From an uncultured virus (IMG/VR IMGVR_UViG_3300008113_000139) (taxonomy: Duplodnaviria; Heunggongvirae; Uroviricota; Caudoviricetes): a stretch of 64,000 bases of DNA. The stretch is from the IMG/VR virus record IMGVR_UViG_3300008113_000139; one strand, given 5' to 3'. Both the position numbers and the translations under genes were made by a program. Every line of letters starts with the position of its first letter. The first letter of the stretch is position 1. The notes beneath the pieces were generated by a model that had not been told where the DNA came from, did not search any database, and saw only the letters and a program-made list of their open reading frames with translations. This document shows, one piece after another, positions 19,201 to 29,068 of the stretch.

Positions 19201-21900
19201 AAATCAGGAAGAAGCGGAGGTGATTCATACGCATATTGGGAACAAAGACTTAGCACAAGAGACATTCTCAACAACATAAAAGTTATCATCAAGAAAGACG
19301 GCAGTGTAGGATTTGGAAATGCTGCTGGATATGATGACGATGCGTATTCATCACAAGAAAGAAACATAAACACCGGATATCTAAACTATGTCCCAGGTAG
19401 GTCAGTCGCAAACGGTTTAACCGCGGTACCTTCAACAGCAGGTGCTTCAGCCGGTCATAACATCAGCTACTACTCTAACACTGGTGCTTACGGTCTGGTC
19501 TTATACACGGGAGTATCTGGTACATTCACTGAAACAGCTTCTTCGAGTAGCGCATCGAGAATCAATTCAAATGCGACTACTGCTGACACATTTAGAGCTG
19601 AGTTTGCAGCAGAAAAACTTCACGGTCGTCCTGGTAGAACTATTCAGAACGGCGGTTGGGGATATCCTTACAACGGAAGTGCCATTGGTATCACAGGGCA
19701 ATCTTCTGTTACCAAATACGTCGTACTTCAGAATCCTGCAAACGATACATACTTAAGCAGCTTCAACTTTACAACCGATATTGAAGGAAGAATAACATCA
19801 GCAGCGGTTAAATTCGTAGCAAGTCCTATCGGTACAACCGCCGGACTTATAGGAACGGATTTGATTAAAGATATCATATTCCCACACCCAACAGAATTTG
19901 AGACAGGCGCTCCTCTTGCTTCTTCTCTCTCATTCTCGTATAACACGCCTGTAGGAGCCGCGGCTGCTGCTTGGGGTGGTACTGGAACTTGGGACGGTGT
20001 TCAACTAACAGTAACTCTAAACTTTGAAGCTGACCCGCTGATATTAGGCAACGTACGCCTAAACAACTTTGTTGCCGGTGAAGGTCTTGGTCTTTCTGGA
20101 ATGAATGCTAACTCAGCGGACTCACAGACAGTCAAAGCAGCCCGCCAACAATCTCCTAAGCTCGTATTCACATTCTTGGAAGGCGATTCTACCAAAATAC
20201 CCGGAGATACTTCAGCAACTCGTCCTATCACTAACACCTCCGCATACAGAAAAGTCAACACCGTTCTTGCTTCTGCGCAGAATGAATCTGCTCTTCGTGA
20301 GTATTGGATTCCTAAAGCGGACAACACCGGAGGCACGTTCATGGTCTTCACTGACCACTATGGACAAAAAGAAAAAGACAGCGGGTTCGATACATCAACG
20401 ATTGATGTTGATAACTTTGTTCTTGATGAAGTGGTTACACTAGAATTTATATACGGCTACACTGGAGTTTCTGCTGTACAAACCGGTGTTCGTGGAATTA
20501 CCGGAGCAACATCAAACGCGTTAGGAGCGCAAGGAGGACAAGCAGTAGTAGGAGGGGGAACGGGTTACTGGCCCGCGCACGTTCTCTATCGCAATCGCGT
20601 AACTACCGACAACTACTGGCCTTCGTTTGGCTACACGGGTACTAATGATGACCCTCTATTCTCTGACACAGAATACGCTAAGTTGTACGCCGTAGGACCG
20701 GTGGCAACCGGTGACATGTCATGGACTTCATCTGGCCCAATACCGACTGACGGTGCTACCGCTTCAACGATGTTAAGAAACATCGATAAATTCTACAGCA
20801 TATACCAAGGTTCAACAATCAACTACGACGGCGGCTTTGGTGATCCAAACTTCCAAAGCAAGGCTTCTGAAGTTAGGTTTAAGCGTATCAATAGTGAATT
20901 CGCATTGATCGACTTTAACATAACAATAGCAGTAAGAAACCCAAATCTACAAAACGGAATTGCACCCGGAGACGTAGGAAACTCAGCTGTTACAGAAAAC
21001 CAATCAGAATTGATTGACCGCGGGTCTCCAAGATGGACACAGTTTATACGAATGAAGTACTTTCCGTCGGCAAACGATCCTACCAATAGAACAAGAAATC
21101 AGTTCTTGTATGATTTGTTCGGCAACGGACTAGCGTTTAGCAACTGGAGCTCTTATAAGAACTGGTACCCAGGGTGGGCTGTAGTAGGAGATGACAATTC
21201 GACAGGATCCTATCAAATGACAAGGACCGGAGATTCTTATTACATGTCAAATAATGGACAATCAGGATCCCTCGCCCAGAATTATTTCAATAGGTGGAAC
21301 GGAAATCTTATCAACTACGGTATGGGTTGGAACTACAGAACTGACGTGTGTCCTACCGTTTATTACTTACCGCAGGCTTCAGCATACCAAACAGGCGGTT
21401 CACCCGAAGTATTTACCTGGTCAATGGTAGGCCCGAATTCCAAAGACAAATTCGTGTGGTCGCAATCGATTAAGTTGGTTAACGATGTAACATGCCTTCC
21501 TTCAGCAGATGACCACCGACAAGCGTTCTTCCAAACATATCTAGGAGCCACTTTCCAATTGATGGGCAACCGCGCATTTAGTAGAAATCGTTCATGTTCT
21601 TGGAGAATCATACCTCAATTTGGCAACTATTCCAACGATTTGACCCCAGGAGAAATTGCTTCATCAGGATCAATAAACAGAAACTCTTTCCTAATTGAGG
21701 TAATGTTTGATGATCCGATCATGCACCATGACACGCCTTTAAGACAAGCAATGTTCAACAGCTCCGTTGCAAATTCAACGACAGGAACTGGGACTTTCTA
21801 CAAATATCTGACAGTCAGTGGGCAATCAATCGTAAGGTATTCAAACGATTATACTTATTCTTGGAGTACAGCTCCTGGACCAGGACCGGAAGGAGGATAA
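16240..21900 (+). CDS. Putative tail fibre / receptor-binding protein with a short collagen-like repeat
   Basis: 1886 aa; N-terminal D...KLNNNF anchor motif, (G-X-Y)10 run GPQGIRGDQGIPGLPGRIGATGPSGAVGPTG, and NIGIGT/GSVGFG fibre-type repeats. Confidence 0.7.
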   Translation: MLTLQNLLESDSLSTIIAKLNNNFQVISLSGGGPQGIRGDQGIPGLPGRIGATGPSGAVGPTGLSAYMIPFATGTSGTTGPSTIAGPWPVASLGYLESTIGTGTTGDIYIDHFNRGYWMYLSAADGTGQYSDVGPSYPPTGTGYFGGAGWYFYPQQEEQNLTDVWTYDYSTYLTSPPYETGPFDESSSPLKIPNARFNSKYGTIWVSAGNSGSTGSKEYETSSIESWGQDYGNPALPYPQPGRWNAGVDRLMFKFSLDSLPYHSIVNARGVTGLNTQANTENTSYPEVGIIPIAGDGYWVKPIYDTPLDDYTPLFFWSELRPTSGVGDERYSTLGLYQYTATLATPYGGGAGVTAGSTAGSIFPLDTKSLFVLSTRLAPTPEDYDQMAGGAGITNQRTINLAELVLDVKSLTTSNQVVCALPQDLVLSSDYVNTGDNTYREASGSYPNRVFQGFISAANGKNVGGNITLANYLDFGAGVGTEGTFPDMPLNGNQTRRSWYGSGFRFDDVSTWSQNSSDPLSEGYARLAGMTERGKKTWNTSNDDTYFLSELILYASQFKIDGAVAGTGHNISSQDLNSATNQQRSLPVLYVSPFRNIGIGTFTQDDTGVWEPLAKLHSHVNPKGLTASINDPSNIWFSLGASLTDPLNVNNEVSKAALFSSSTTGTNNQGFIDIYLGRVVEPTYESANPYSSGSTPVSSPTSEMHIAFRREGWYNSNLDSLRIGVSPATGTNIGSGLTAYRNEFQLALHPLNNEANDSSNTGTAITGFGVHNLWPRTRFHAFGKNKYNEADRGETDNDTIYPGFAYAAQGSIGSSYPYYQASYRSNTQVITDFIGDSYLYPAGILEYAYTSLGGSPTAGVGTASLGLYSTNSANYPTREKISPTRHIIPYGNTGSNGALYAAYYSDDLTGITASTGAFNGAHRHGGTGAAAFKPVHYQGFNLFRDLMNKGDDKDSTTTWIAGTDGGRENGGSAILTNAEGDFAISSIKSGRSGGDSYAYWEQRLSTRDILNNIKVIIKKDGSVGFGNAAGYDDDAYSSQERNINTGYLNYVPGRSVANGLTAVPSTAGASAGHNISYYSNTGAYGLVLYTGVSGTFTETASSSSASRINSNATTADTFRAEFAAEKLHGRPGRTIQNGGWGYPYNGSAIGITGQSSVTKYVVLQNPANDTYLSSFNFTTDIEGRITSAAVKFVASPIGTTAGLIGTDLIKDIIFPHPTEFETGAPLASSLSFSYNTPVGAAAAAWGGTGTWDGVQLTVTLNFEADPLILGNVRLNNFVAGEGLGLSGMNANSADSQTVKAARQQSPKLVFTFLEGDSTKIPGDTSATRPITNTSAYRKVNTVLASAQNESALREYWIPKADNTGGTFMVFTDHYGQKEKDSGFDTSTIDVDNFVLDEVVTLEFIYGYTGVSAVQTGVRGITGATSNALGAQGGQAVVGGGTGYWPAHVLYRNRVTTDNYWPSFGYTGTNDDPLFSDTEYAKLYAVGPVATGDMSWTSSGPIPTDGATASTMLRNIDKFYSIYQGSTINYDGGFGDPNFQSKASEVRFKRINSEFALIDFNITIAVRNPNLQNGIAPGDVGNSAVTENQSELIDRGSPRWTQFIRMKYFPSANDPTNRTRNQFLYDLFGNGLAFSNWSSYKNWYPGWAVVGDDNSTGSYQMTRTGDSYYMSNNGQSGSLAQNYFNRWNGNLINYGMGWNYRTDVCPTVYYLPQASAYQTGGSPEVFTWSMVGPNSKDKFVWSQSIKLVNDVTCLPSADDHRQAFFQTYLGATFQLMGNRAFSRNRSCSWRIIPQFGNYSNDLTPGEIASSGSINRNSFLIEVMFDDPIMHHDTPLRQAMFNSSVANSTTGTGTFYKYLTVSGQSIVRYSNDYTYSWSTAPGPGPEGG

Positions 21901-21913
21901 AAATAATCAAACT

Positions 21914-22330
21914 ATGAAAGACATCAAGAACATACTAATCGTAGTACTCCTGGCCGGATGTATGATATTCGGCTACATGTGGTTCTTTAGGAACGACAGC
22001 GGGTACAAGCAAAAGATCAAAGATCTAGAGAAAGAAAAGAAAGAGCTGATCGTTGCCAGAGAAAAACTGGAGAAAGACGTAACCGTTCTTGAAAAGAACT
22101 TTCAAGATCTCAAAAAGAGAGAAGATGCTTTGGTCGCTGACATATCAAGAAGAGACGCAGAAATTCGTCGCCGCAAAGAAGAAGCGGCAAGATCAAAAGC
22201 AGAACTCGACAATATGAAAAAGGGTCTTAAAGAAACACAGGACAAGATCGTTGAGCTTAAGAAGAACCCGCCCAATCGCACGGGTGATGACCTACTCAAT
22301 TCTTTGAAAATGAAAACGCAAAAGTTATGA
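21914..22330 (+). CDS. N-terminally membrane-anchored coiled-coil protein (i-spanin-like)
   Basis: TM segment ILIVVLLAGCMIFGYMWFF followed by a long coiled coil. Confidence 0.55.
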   Translation: MKDIKNILIVVLLAGCMIFGYMWFFRNDSGYKQKIKDLEKEKKELIVAREKLEKDVTVLEKNFQDLKKREDALVADISRRDAEIRRRKEEAARSKAELDNMKKGLKETQDKIVELKKNPPNRTGDDLLNSLKMKTQKL

Positions 22331-22818
22331 AAAAATTATTGATCACTTTGCTCTTTCTGCTGAGCATGAACGTTTATGCTCAAGTGGAATATCCTCGATA
22401 TGAAAAAGATTCATCAGGTCAGACCATCGTTCTGCTTACGCTGGAACAAGCACAAGCTCTTGACAACTCAACCGACTTGCTGGCTCTTTTCGAGAAACTC
22501 AACAGTCAGATCACAAACTACGACAGCGTTTGCATCAAGGTGGTTGCCGACAAAGACAAAGTGATATCAGAGCAGACTGTGCAGATCAGCAAGCTCAAGG
22601 AGAATCTTAAGATCAAAGACCAACAGATCGCCAACTTACAAGCAACAATCACTAAGAAAGATGAAGTCATAGAGAATCTTAAGAAAGAAGTCAAGAACGG
22701 TGAAGAAACTGTCGCAGCCAACAAATCAGAGATCAAAAGACTCAAAGGCAAGATGGTCTTGGGTGGATCGTTGGGCGGAATTGCCATCGTAGGACTGATA
22801 CTAGGAATCTTACTATAA
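22327..22818 (+). CDS. Secreted coiled-coil protein with C-terminal TM (possible spanin partner)
   Basis: Signal peptide MKKLLITLLFLLSMNVYA|Q, coiled coil, C-terminal hydrophobic helix; ATGA overlap with the upstream gene. Confidence 0.55.
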   Translation: MKKLLITLLFLLSMNVYAQVEYPRYEKDSSGQTIVLLTLEQAQALDNSTDLLALFEKLNSQITNYDSVCIKVVADKDKVISEQTVQISKLKENLKIKDQQIANLQATITKKDEVIENLKKEVKNGEETVAANKSEIKRLKGKMVLGGSLGGIAIVGLILGILL

Positions 22819-22832
22819 AATAAAAAAGTCAA

Positions 22833-25032
22833 ATGCCAGCTACTTCGCAGTACATACAGATAACCGACTATGCCCTGGTCGAGTACATCTATACGGATGA
22901 AACGATCACCACGACCCAGGCAAGATGTCTTAGACTGCAGAATAAGTACACCAACACTTATCAGTTCTTGAACAACGCGCAAGCGTTCAAAAGAACAGCC
23001 AACATTCTTGACAATTCTGCCAGCAGACTGGGAACAGACGCAAAGGTCTGGGCGTACCACGATATTGATTCACCGGTGCCCATCATACAGCAGGACAACA
23101 ACTTTGTCTTGACCGATGTTACCGCTAACCTCCTATCAAACCAGAATTACGACACTGTCCGAGTTCACTTCTTGGCGGGCTACACATTTCCTGGCCTCGA
23201 CGGAGTAATTACCGAGATACAGTTCAACGAATGGACCGCGACGGGTCTTAACCCACGCCCTTTCACAGCAGCTGCCAATGTATACCTTAAGAGTGAGCCC
23301 AACGTAACTTTCTCGACGAATCCGATATTCATTGCCGATCGCTACTTTGATCGCTACATCGAGTTTAAGATTCCTTCGCTCTATAGCGTAAACCTTGACT
23401 TCTGGACTTCACCGACTGCTACGAATACGATCGGCTACCAATATACATTCGGAAATGTTGGTTTCTTACAAGGATCACAGATCAGCATCAACCTTTACGA
23501 GATCAACTCGATAACCGAATCAAACGGGAATCGTTACCTCAATACCGGCACTACTTGGAATTCTTCTGTTAACCAACAAGATGAATACTCTTTCGTGGGT
23601 GCGGTCGTCAAGGAAAACTCTGAATACGACTTCATAGAATACTATCCTACTTTCCAAGGAGGCTACATTGAAGACTACATAAACTTGCTCAACGAAACGG
23701 GTCAGTGGGTCGTCATCAATCAATTGACCGTTTACGAACAAGTAGGAACCAACTTCATCAAGACGTCTGATGTCACGATCCTTCAAGAAGAAAATTTCGA
23801 CCAGCCTTCGGTTTATCGTCCAGTTCTTAGAAACGCGGCAGCAGTCTATTCCTATTCGATAGAGTACATAATGCGCCTGGTAAACAAGGTAAGCAACAAA
23901 GAAATTGTTCGCAGGTCGACTTTCTCATCAACAGACGTCAAGAAGTACGGCTATCAGTTGGAGAGAATCAATGCTCTCGAAGGATTCCGTCCTATCAAAG
24001 TTTACAACAAGATCGTCAAGACCGATGAATCACCAGCGCCCAGTGTTTCTTTTGGGACTCCTAGAATTGTAACGCAGGTAAGATACGTAAACAACTACTT
24101 TGACGTAAACTACATTTCGGTGGATTCCACCACAGAAATCGACTCTACCGAGATCGGACAGATAGTCTATCCTCAAGGCACGAACGTTTTCTACATGAAC
24201 CCGTTCGACAACTTTGTCAAGTTTAAGATCTTTACCAAATCAAAAGATAAGAAACAGAATGTAACTCTGGATCTTGCGTCAAACGGCATGGACATCAAAC
24301 TCAGCTTTGTGTTTGACGATAAGTCACAGATATTCTTGGATCCTGTCCAAGACATCACAGTGGCAAACCCAGGATCTGGCGAGATATTGTTTAAAGTCGA
24401 TAGCGAGACAGCAGTCAAATTGCTAGGCGGAAGCGCCAGAAGTTACTTCTTGGTAAACAAAACAGCAGAAGGAAACGATGTACTAATGTACACTGGCAAA
24501 TTCGAGAGTGTAGAACTGAGAAAATCTTCGGAGACTGCTGTACAACAAAACCAATTGATTGTTTCGCAACTCGAAAGCAAGATAAACGATCTTAAGAAAA
24601 TTCAAGAAAATCTTACGGTCTCTNNNNNNNNNNNNNNNNNNNNNNNNNNNNACAGCGCCAGAGACAGCTGCTGGTGTGACTGGCGCAACCGGCGCAACTG
24701 GTGCAACAGGAGGCTCTCCTGCGACAAATGTTGCCGAAGAACAAGCAGCCATCAATGCAGCCAGCACAGCGGAAGGCATCGTCACCGTCACAACAGAATC
24801 CGCGGGCATCAGTGAAGCAATCACCGAGGCTGCTGGATCAACCAAACCGGTGAAGATCAACATTCCAGAAGTTCCTGGTGTAACATCTTCTTTGGAGTCA
24901 GTAAACTGGTCCAAAGTTCTTCCTAAAGTAGAGAATCCTTCAGGGGGTCCTATATCTGTGAAGGTTAGAAAACCCAACGATGCGACAGGCATGAACCCCG
25001 ACGGCAGTCCAAACTTTGACACAATGCAATGA
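22833..25032 (+). CDS. Putative virion structural protein spanning an assembly gap
   Basis: The ORF reads into the N-run at 24624-24651; after the gap the sensible frame is that of ORF 24676..25032 (TAPETAAGVTGATGATGATGG...), ending at TGA 25030-25032. Confidence 0.6.
24624..24651. other. Assembly gap (28 N)
   Basis: Run of n in the sequence. Confidence 1.
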
Positions 25033-25574
25033 TTCTAAATAGCAGAAACAACAACTTCATAGTCAGGTTCCAGAAGAACTTCTTCTACCCTGAGTTGGTC
25101 GCAAAATACGAGACTTACATAAAGAGGCTGCCGATTCCTTACGAAAATCTGCAGGACTATATGACGGCCGGAATACAAGCGATATCTTTTCCGTCTCTGA
25201 ATGCAGAGACCGTGGAACAGACTCTGTACGAAGATCCTATCAAAGCAAAAGGTGGTCTTAGACCTATCTATTGGTTGGACCGCAACTTCACGATAACTTT
25301 TAAGTCTTATGAGGGATATATAAACTACTGGGTAATGTTCGACCTGTTCTTTGACTATTACAACTTAGACCAAAAGAACAAGTACCTGGGAGACGTTACG
25401 ATAACGTTCTTGGACCAAACGGGATTTGAATTTATAGCCGTAGAGCTTCAACAGGTAACATACACAGGCCTGTCAGAACTCGAGCTGAACTATTCATCGA
25501 ACACCGCAGAGTTCAAAAACTTTACCGCAAACTTTGGCTACAACTACATAAACATAAAGAAACGACTTGGCTAA
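25029..25574 (+). CDS. Tail-tube-fold protein (T4 gp19/gp3/gp54-like)
   Basis: 181 aa; pattern 'QAISFPSL...FTITF...YINYW...DVTITFLDQ...LSELELNYS...FTANFGYN' typical of tail tube/terminator proteins. Confidence 0.6.
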   Translation: MILNSRNNNFIVRFQKNFFYPELVAKYETYIKRLPIPYENLQDYMTAGIQAISFPSLNAETVEQTLYEDPIKAKGGLRPIYWLDRNFTITFKSYEGYINYWVMFDLFFDYYNLDQKNKYLGDVTITFLDQTGFEFIAVELQQVTYTGLSELELNYSSNTAEFKNFTANFGYNYINIKKRLG

Positions 25575-25575
25575 C

Positions 25576-25902
25576 ATGAAATCATTCAAAGAGTTTAGAA
25601 ACCCACCTAAAATGGAAAAGCTCGAAGTATATGAGCTTGATGAGGAACAACTCAAAGAAGTCGATGCGCTAGAAAGTAAACTTTACGCAATCGTAGAAAA
25701 AGAAGGGATTGCTGGTTTAGAAAAAGCAATCAACGAAGGATTCTTTGGAGCAGCCTTGGGTTTCTTAATTGGTCCTTCTATAGGAAAAGTAATCGCAAGA
25801 GCCCTTGGTGTGGAGAAAGGCATCTTGTATGATATGTTCACTTCACGTCTGGTGTCGGCTGCCTTGGGCAACGCAATCCAGAACAATCCCGGAAAGAAAT
25901 AA
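25576..25902 (+). CDS. Hypothetical virion protein: CTS-like N-terminus with hydrophobic Gly-rich C-terminus
   Basis: MKSFKEF start; AINE|GFFGAALGFLIGPSIGKVIARALG. Confidence 0.6.
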   Translation: MKSFKEFRNPPKMEKLEVYELDEEQLKEVDALESKLYAIVEKEGIAGLEKAINEGFFGAALGFLIGPSIGKVIARALGVEKGILYDMFTSRLVSAALGNAIQNNPGKK

Positions 25903-26535
25903 ATGATATTAGGAATAGACTTTTCAATTAAGTCTGCCGCTGCCACCCTAAAGTCAGGTGACGCTTACACTTTTTATTCTTACGCAAGAAAAGGCGTAGT
26001 CAAAGAAGACACAAAGATTGCGTTCGCAGCAGCGGGAGTTCAAATCTTCGAATCTGAAGAAGAGCCATCACCCGCCAAGAAAGCATCGATAGCAGAAAGA
26101 GAAAGAGCATCTGTCAAAGACGCACTTAAGCTCATACCCAAGATCACAGAATGTTTCACTGACTTACCTATAGACCGTTGGGCGATTGAAGGTTTTTCTT
26201 TTGCATCTACAGGAAATCGCCTGGCACAGATTAGCGGATACCAATGGGTGCTAAGATGGGAGTTAATCAGGGGAGGTCTTAACATCGATTCATTTTACAT
26301 TTACTCTCCCATGACCGTTAAAGCAACGGCAGGAAAAGGCAATTTTAAGAAAGAACAGATGATCGAAGCATTCATGCAGTCAGACGATCCGATTCTTCAG
26401 AACTGCGGTCTCTACAAAGCCCTCAACACAGACCCTACTTTATTCCAGACCAAAAGAGGTGTTTGGCTTAAACCACTCGATGACGTGGTGGATTCTTATT
26501 GGATCATGAAGACCGTTGAGGCTCAGATCACATAG
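25903..26535 (+). CDS. RuvC-like Holliday junction resolvase
   Basis: ILGIDFS, AIEGFSF, PMTVKATAGKGN..K, DDVVDSY motifs. Confidence 0.8.
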   Translation: MILGIDFSIKSAAATLKSGDAYTFYSYARKGVVKEDTKIAFAAAGVQIFESEEEPSPAKKASIAERERASVKDALKLIPKITECFTDLPIDRWAIEGFSFASTGNRLAQISGYQWVLRWELIRGGLNIDSFYIYSPMTVKATAGKGNFKKEQMIEAFMQSDDPILQNCGLYKALNTDPTLFQTKRGVWLKPLDDVVDSYWIMKTVEAQIT

Positions 26536-26654
26536 GAATAGGGCTCATTGTTCCACGAAAATGAGCCTATAAGAACTATCGAATGATCCGAGTATAAAAT
26601 AAGTGGTATCTATATACATAAATTGATATTCATTCTAAGGACATCTAAATAATC

Positions 26655-26933
26655 ATGGAAAACAATAGCAAATTACTACCAGAAGAAATCGAACATATGA
26701 ACAATTTGGTAGAGAAGTACAGAACAGTGTACACACAAGCAGTTCGTCTGGGAAAACAGATCGAAGACCTTCAAGGCGAGATGTTGAAAGTGACGGCAAT
26801 CATGAACAACATTTCCAATCAAGAAAACGACTTTTACAAAGAGGTCGGCGACAGGTTGGACTTACCCGTTGAAGAAGCAAGAAAGCTGATTCTCGAAGAA
26901 ATTCAAAACAATATGAACCAAATGCAAAACTAA
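26655..26933 (+). CDS. Hypothetical coiled-coil protein
   Basis: 92 aa ORF with an A-rich upstream region. Confidence 0.65.
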   Translation: MENNSKLLPEEIEHMNNLVEKYRTVYTQAVRLGKQIEDLQGEMLKVTAIMNNISNQENDFYKEVGDRLDLPVEEARKLILEEIQNNMNQMQN

Positions 26934-26952
26934 TTTATCCTATGTGAATATA
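26927..26952 (+). promoter_or_regulatory. Putative middle-type promoter (AAAC-N15-GAATATA)
   Basis: Bipartite motif upstream of the SSB gene. Confidence 0.55.
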
Positions 26953-27012
26953 TAAATCGATTCTTAAAGGCGCCTAAAGAACTCAAAAACAACTAAACAA
27001 ATCTAAAGTAAA

Positions 27013-27963
27013 ATGGAAAATCTAAACGACATCTTCAACCTCTCGCTCGATGATTTCAAAGAGCCCGAACGCAAACAATCACTGATCTTCAAACCTGATT
27101 CCAAATCAGGAAAAGAAGGAGTCTACAAAGCAGTAGTACGCTTTCTTCCTTGGCATCAAGACGTCAAGAAATCGGTGATGAAAAAGTGGTCTTGCTGGTT
27201 AACTGACCCAGCCACTAACGAATCAAAAATGGTCGACTGCCCTTCTACTGTCGGCAAAAAATCAGTCTTACAAGATCTTTTCTGGAAGTTTAAGAAATCT
27301 GACTCAGTTGCTGAGCAAAGATTGGCTGACAACTTTTCTCGTCGCCAGCGTTTTGCATCTTTGGTGCAGATCGTTAAAGACGACAACAATCCTGAAATGG
27401 TAGGGAAAATCATGGTATGGCCTTACGGTGTAAAAATCTTCAACAAGCTTCAAGCTGAGATGAAACCCGAGTTTGGCAAACCACACATTCCTTTTGATCT
27501 GTTCGAAGGTAAACCGTTTTTGGTACACATCACGCAAGTAGCCGGTTACAACAATTACGATAACTGCCGCTTCTTGGATGAGAAAATGCCTGTCATAATC
27601 GACGGCGAAAAGATGGAAAAGACTCAAGAATCTTTGGCTAAGATCAAAGCTTACTTGGAAACTTCTCCGGATCTTAATGCTTATGATTTCCAAGAATGGG
27701 ATCAGGCTACCGAAGACTTTGTCAACAATGTTATTCGTAACACTGTCCCAGGCGGTAGAATGATTGAATCTGTCGAAACGAGCAATCGTAAATCAACTTC
27801 GTCTGCTCCAGTGGTAGAGGATGAATTCGTTCTTCCTTCTGCGCCTAAGAAAGCAGCCGCTCCTGCGCCAGCCCCTGAAGTTAAGACTTCGGAATCTGCG
27901 CTCGACAACTTAGATGATTTCGATTCTAACTCTTTCGACGATGAACTCTACTCATCACTCTAA
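27013..27963 (+). CDS. Single-stranded DNA-binding protein (T4 gp32-like)
   Basis: AVVRFLP, CPSTVG, IVKDDNNPE..GK, PFDLFEG..F, YNNYD motifs and an acidic C-terminal tail. Confidence 0.9.
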   Translation: MENLNDIFNLSLDDFKEPERKQSLIFKPDSKSGKEGVYKAVVRFLPWHQDVKKSVMKKWSCWLTDPATNESKMVDCPSTVGKKSVLQDLFWKFKKSDSVAEQRLADNFSRRQRFASLVQIVKDDNNPEMVGKIMVWPYGVKIFNKLQAEMKPEFGKPHIPFDLFEGKPFLVHITQVAGYNNYDNCRFLDEKMPVIIDGEKMEKTQESLAKIKAYLETSPDLNAYDFQEWDQATEDFVNNVIRNTVPGGRMIESVETSNRKSTSSAPVVEDEFVLPSAPKKAAAPAPAPEVKTSESALDNLDDFDSNSFDDELYSSL

Positions 27964-29068
27964 TCAAAACACAGAACAGGAGAACGGGGGTAAAACCTCG
28001 TTCTCTTTTTCTTATGAGAAGGATCGACAAGTTGATCCTCAAAAGCTGTTGGGTAAAGTAAGAATTGCTCTGCAGGAAATCCTCAACAATCGACACAACC
28101 ATTACGAAAAGCGAACCATCGTCCCTAAGAGTGGGAGGTGGAATTTTGCTTGTCCTTACTGCGGAGACTCAAGCGCGGATTCACACAAGAAACGCGGAAA
28201 CATATATACGGACAAACTTTACTTTAAGTGCTACAACTGCGGTAAGTACGCAGACGTCCACAACTTTCTAAAAGATTTTAAGAAAGATGTTCTTGACACA
28301 GATGAAATGTTGTTTGTCAAGGCAGCTGAAGAAAGCACCAAACGAGAGACTGGATCTGTTGATCCGTCGTATCTCTTTGATATAGAAAAGCTCAAGAGCC
28401 TTGCGGTCGATCGCATACTAATCGAAGAAAAATTAAATCTTAAAAGAATCGATAAGTCTTCAATATCGACATATCTTAGCAAGAGACTTCAACCCAGAAT
28501 GGAGTTGTTTTCTTGGAATCAAGAACGCGAGCAGTTGTACATATTTCATCTGATACCCGGGACTAACATGGTTCTTGGCTTTCAGATTAGAAACTTTAAG
28601 TCACAACCTAAGTACATGACTTACCGTCTGAGCAGAATATATGAAATGCTTGGAAAACCAATCACGCCCGAGGTCGAAGAAGTTGACCCAATGTCGACTA
28701 CTTTTGGAATACTTGAAGCAAATTTGTCAATACCTGTGACCGTATTTGAAGGTCCACTTGACTCGTTTCTGTATAAAAACTCAGTGGCAACTTGTTCCAC
28801 GAACATTGACTTTCCAGTCGATCTTTCAACTTTACGATACTTCTATGACTTCGACAAAGCAGGTCGAGAAGCATCGATTGAAAAACTTAAGCAAGGAAAG
28901 CCCGTGTTTATGTGGAAGAAGTTCTTTAAAGAAGCAAACATAGATGAACCAACGAATAAGAAAATGGACCTCACAGATCTCGTCGTCCTCGCAAAGCGAA
29001 AAGGGATCTCACTACCAAGACTATCAAATTACTTTTCAGGCGACAAGTACGATGCATACTGGCTCTAA
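27941..29068 (+). CDS. DNA primase (T4 gp61-like)
   Basis: Zn finger NFACPYCGDS...CYNCG; TOPRIM VFEGPLDS and YDFDKAG; start uncertain (ATG 27941, 27914 or a downstream TTG). Confidence 0.88.
   Translation: MNSTHHSNQNTEQENGGKTSFSFSYEKDRQVDPQKLLGKVRIALQEILNNRHNHYEKRTIVPKSGRWNFACPYCGDSSADSHKKRGNIYTDKLYFKCYNCGKYADVHNFLKDFKKDVLDTDEMLFVKAAEESTKRETGSVDPSYLFDIEKLKSLAVDRILIEEKLNLKRIDKSSISTYLSKRLQPRMELFSWNQEREQLYIFHLIPGTNMVLGFQIRNFKSQPKYMTYRLSRIYEMLGKPITPEVEEVDPMSTTFGILEANLSIPVTVFEGPLDSFLYKNSVATCSTNIDFPVDLSTLRYFYDFDKAGREASIEKLKQGKPVFMWKKFFKEANIDEPTNKKMDLTDLVVLAKRKGISLPRLSNYFSGDKYDAYWL
27980..28010 (+). terminator. Intrinsic terminator-like hairpin after the SSB gene
   Basis: Stem gagaacgggg/cctcgttctc, loop gtaaaa, followed by TTTTT. 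Confidence 0.6.

Noticed and set aside
16240..21900. Diversity-generating retroelement targeting the fibre gene
   Set aside because: No reverse transcriptase and no template/variable repeat pair noticed in the window.
24652..24815. Cys/Arg/His-rich C-terminus of ORF 22833..24815
   Set aside because: Artefact of the 28-N gap shifting the frame; the other frame gives a normal Thr/Ala/Gly-rich tail.
26538..26570. Hairpin ggctcatt/aatgagcc after the resolvase gene as a terminator
   Set aside because: Real inverted repeat but no U tract; function unsupported.
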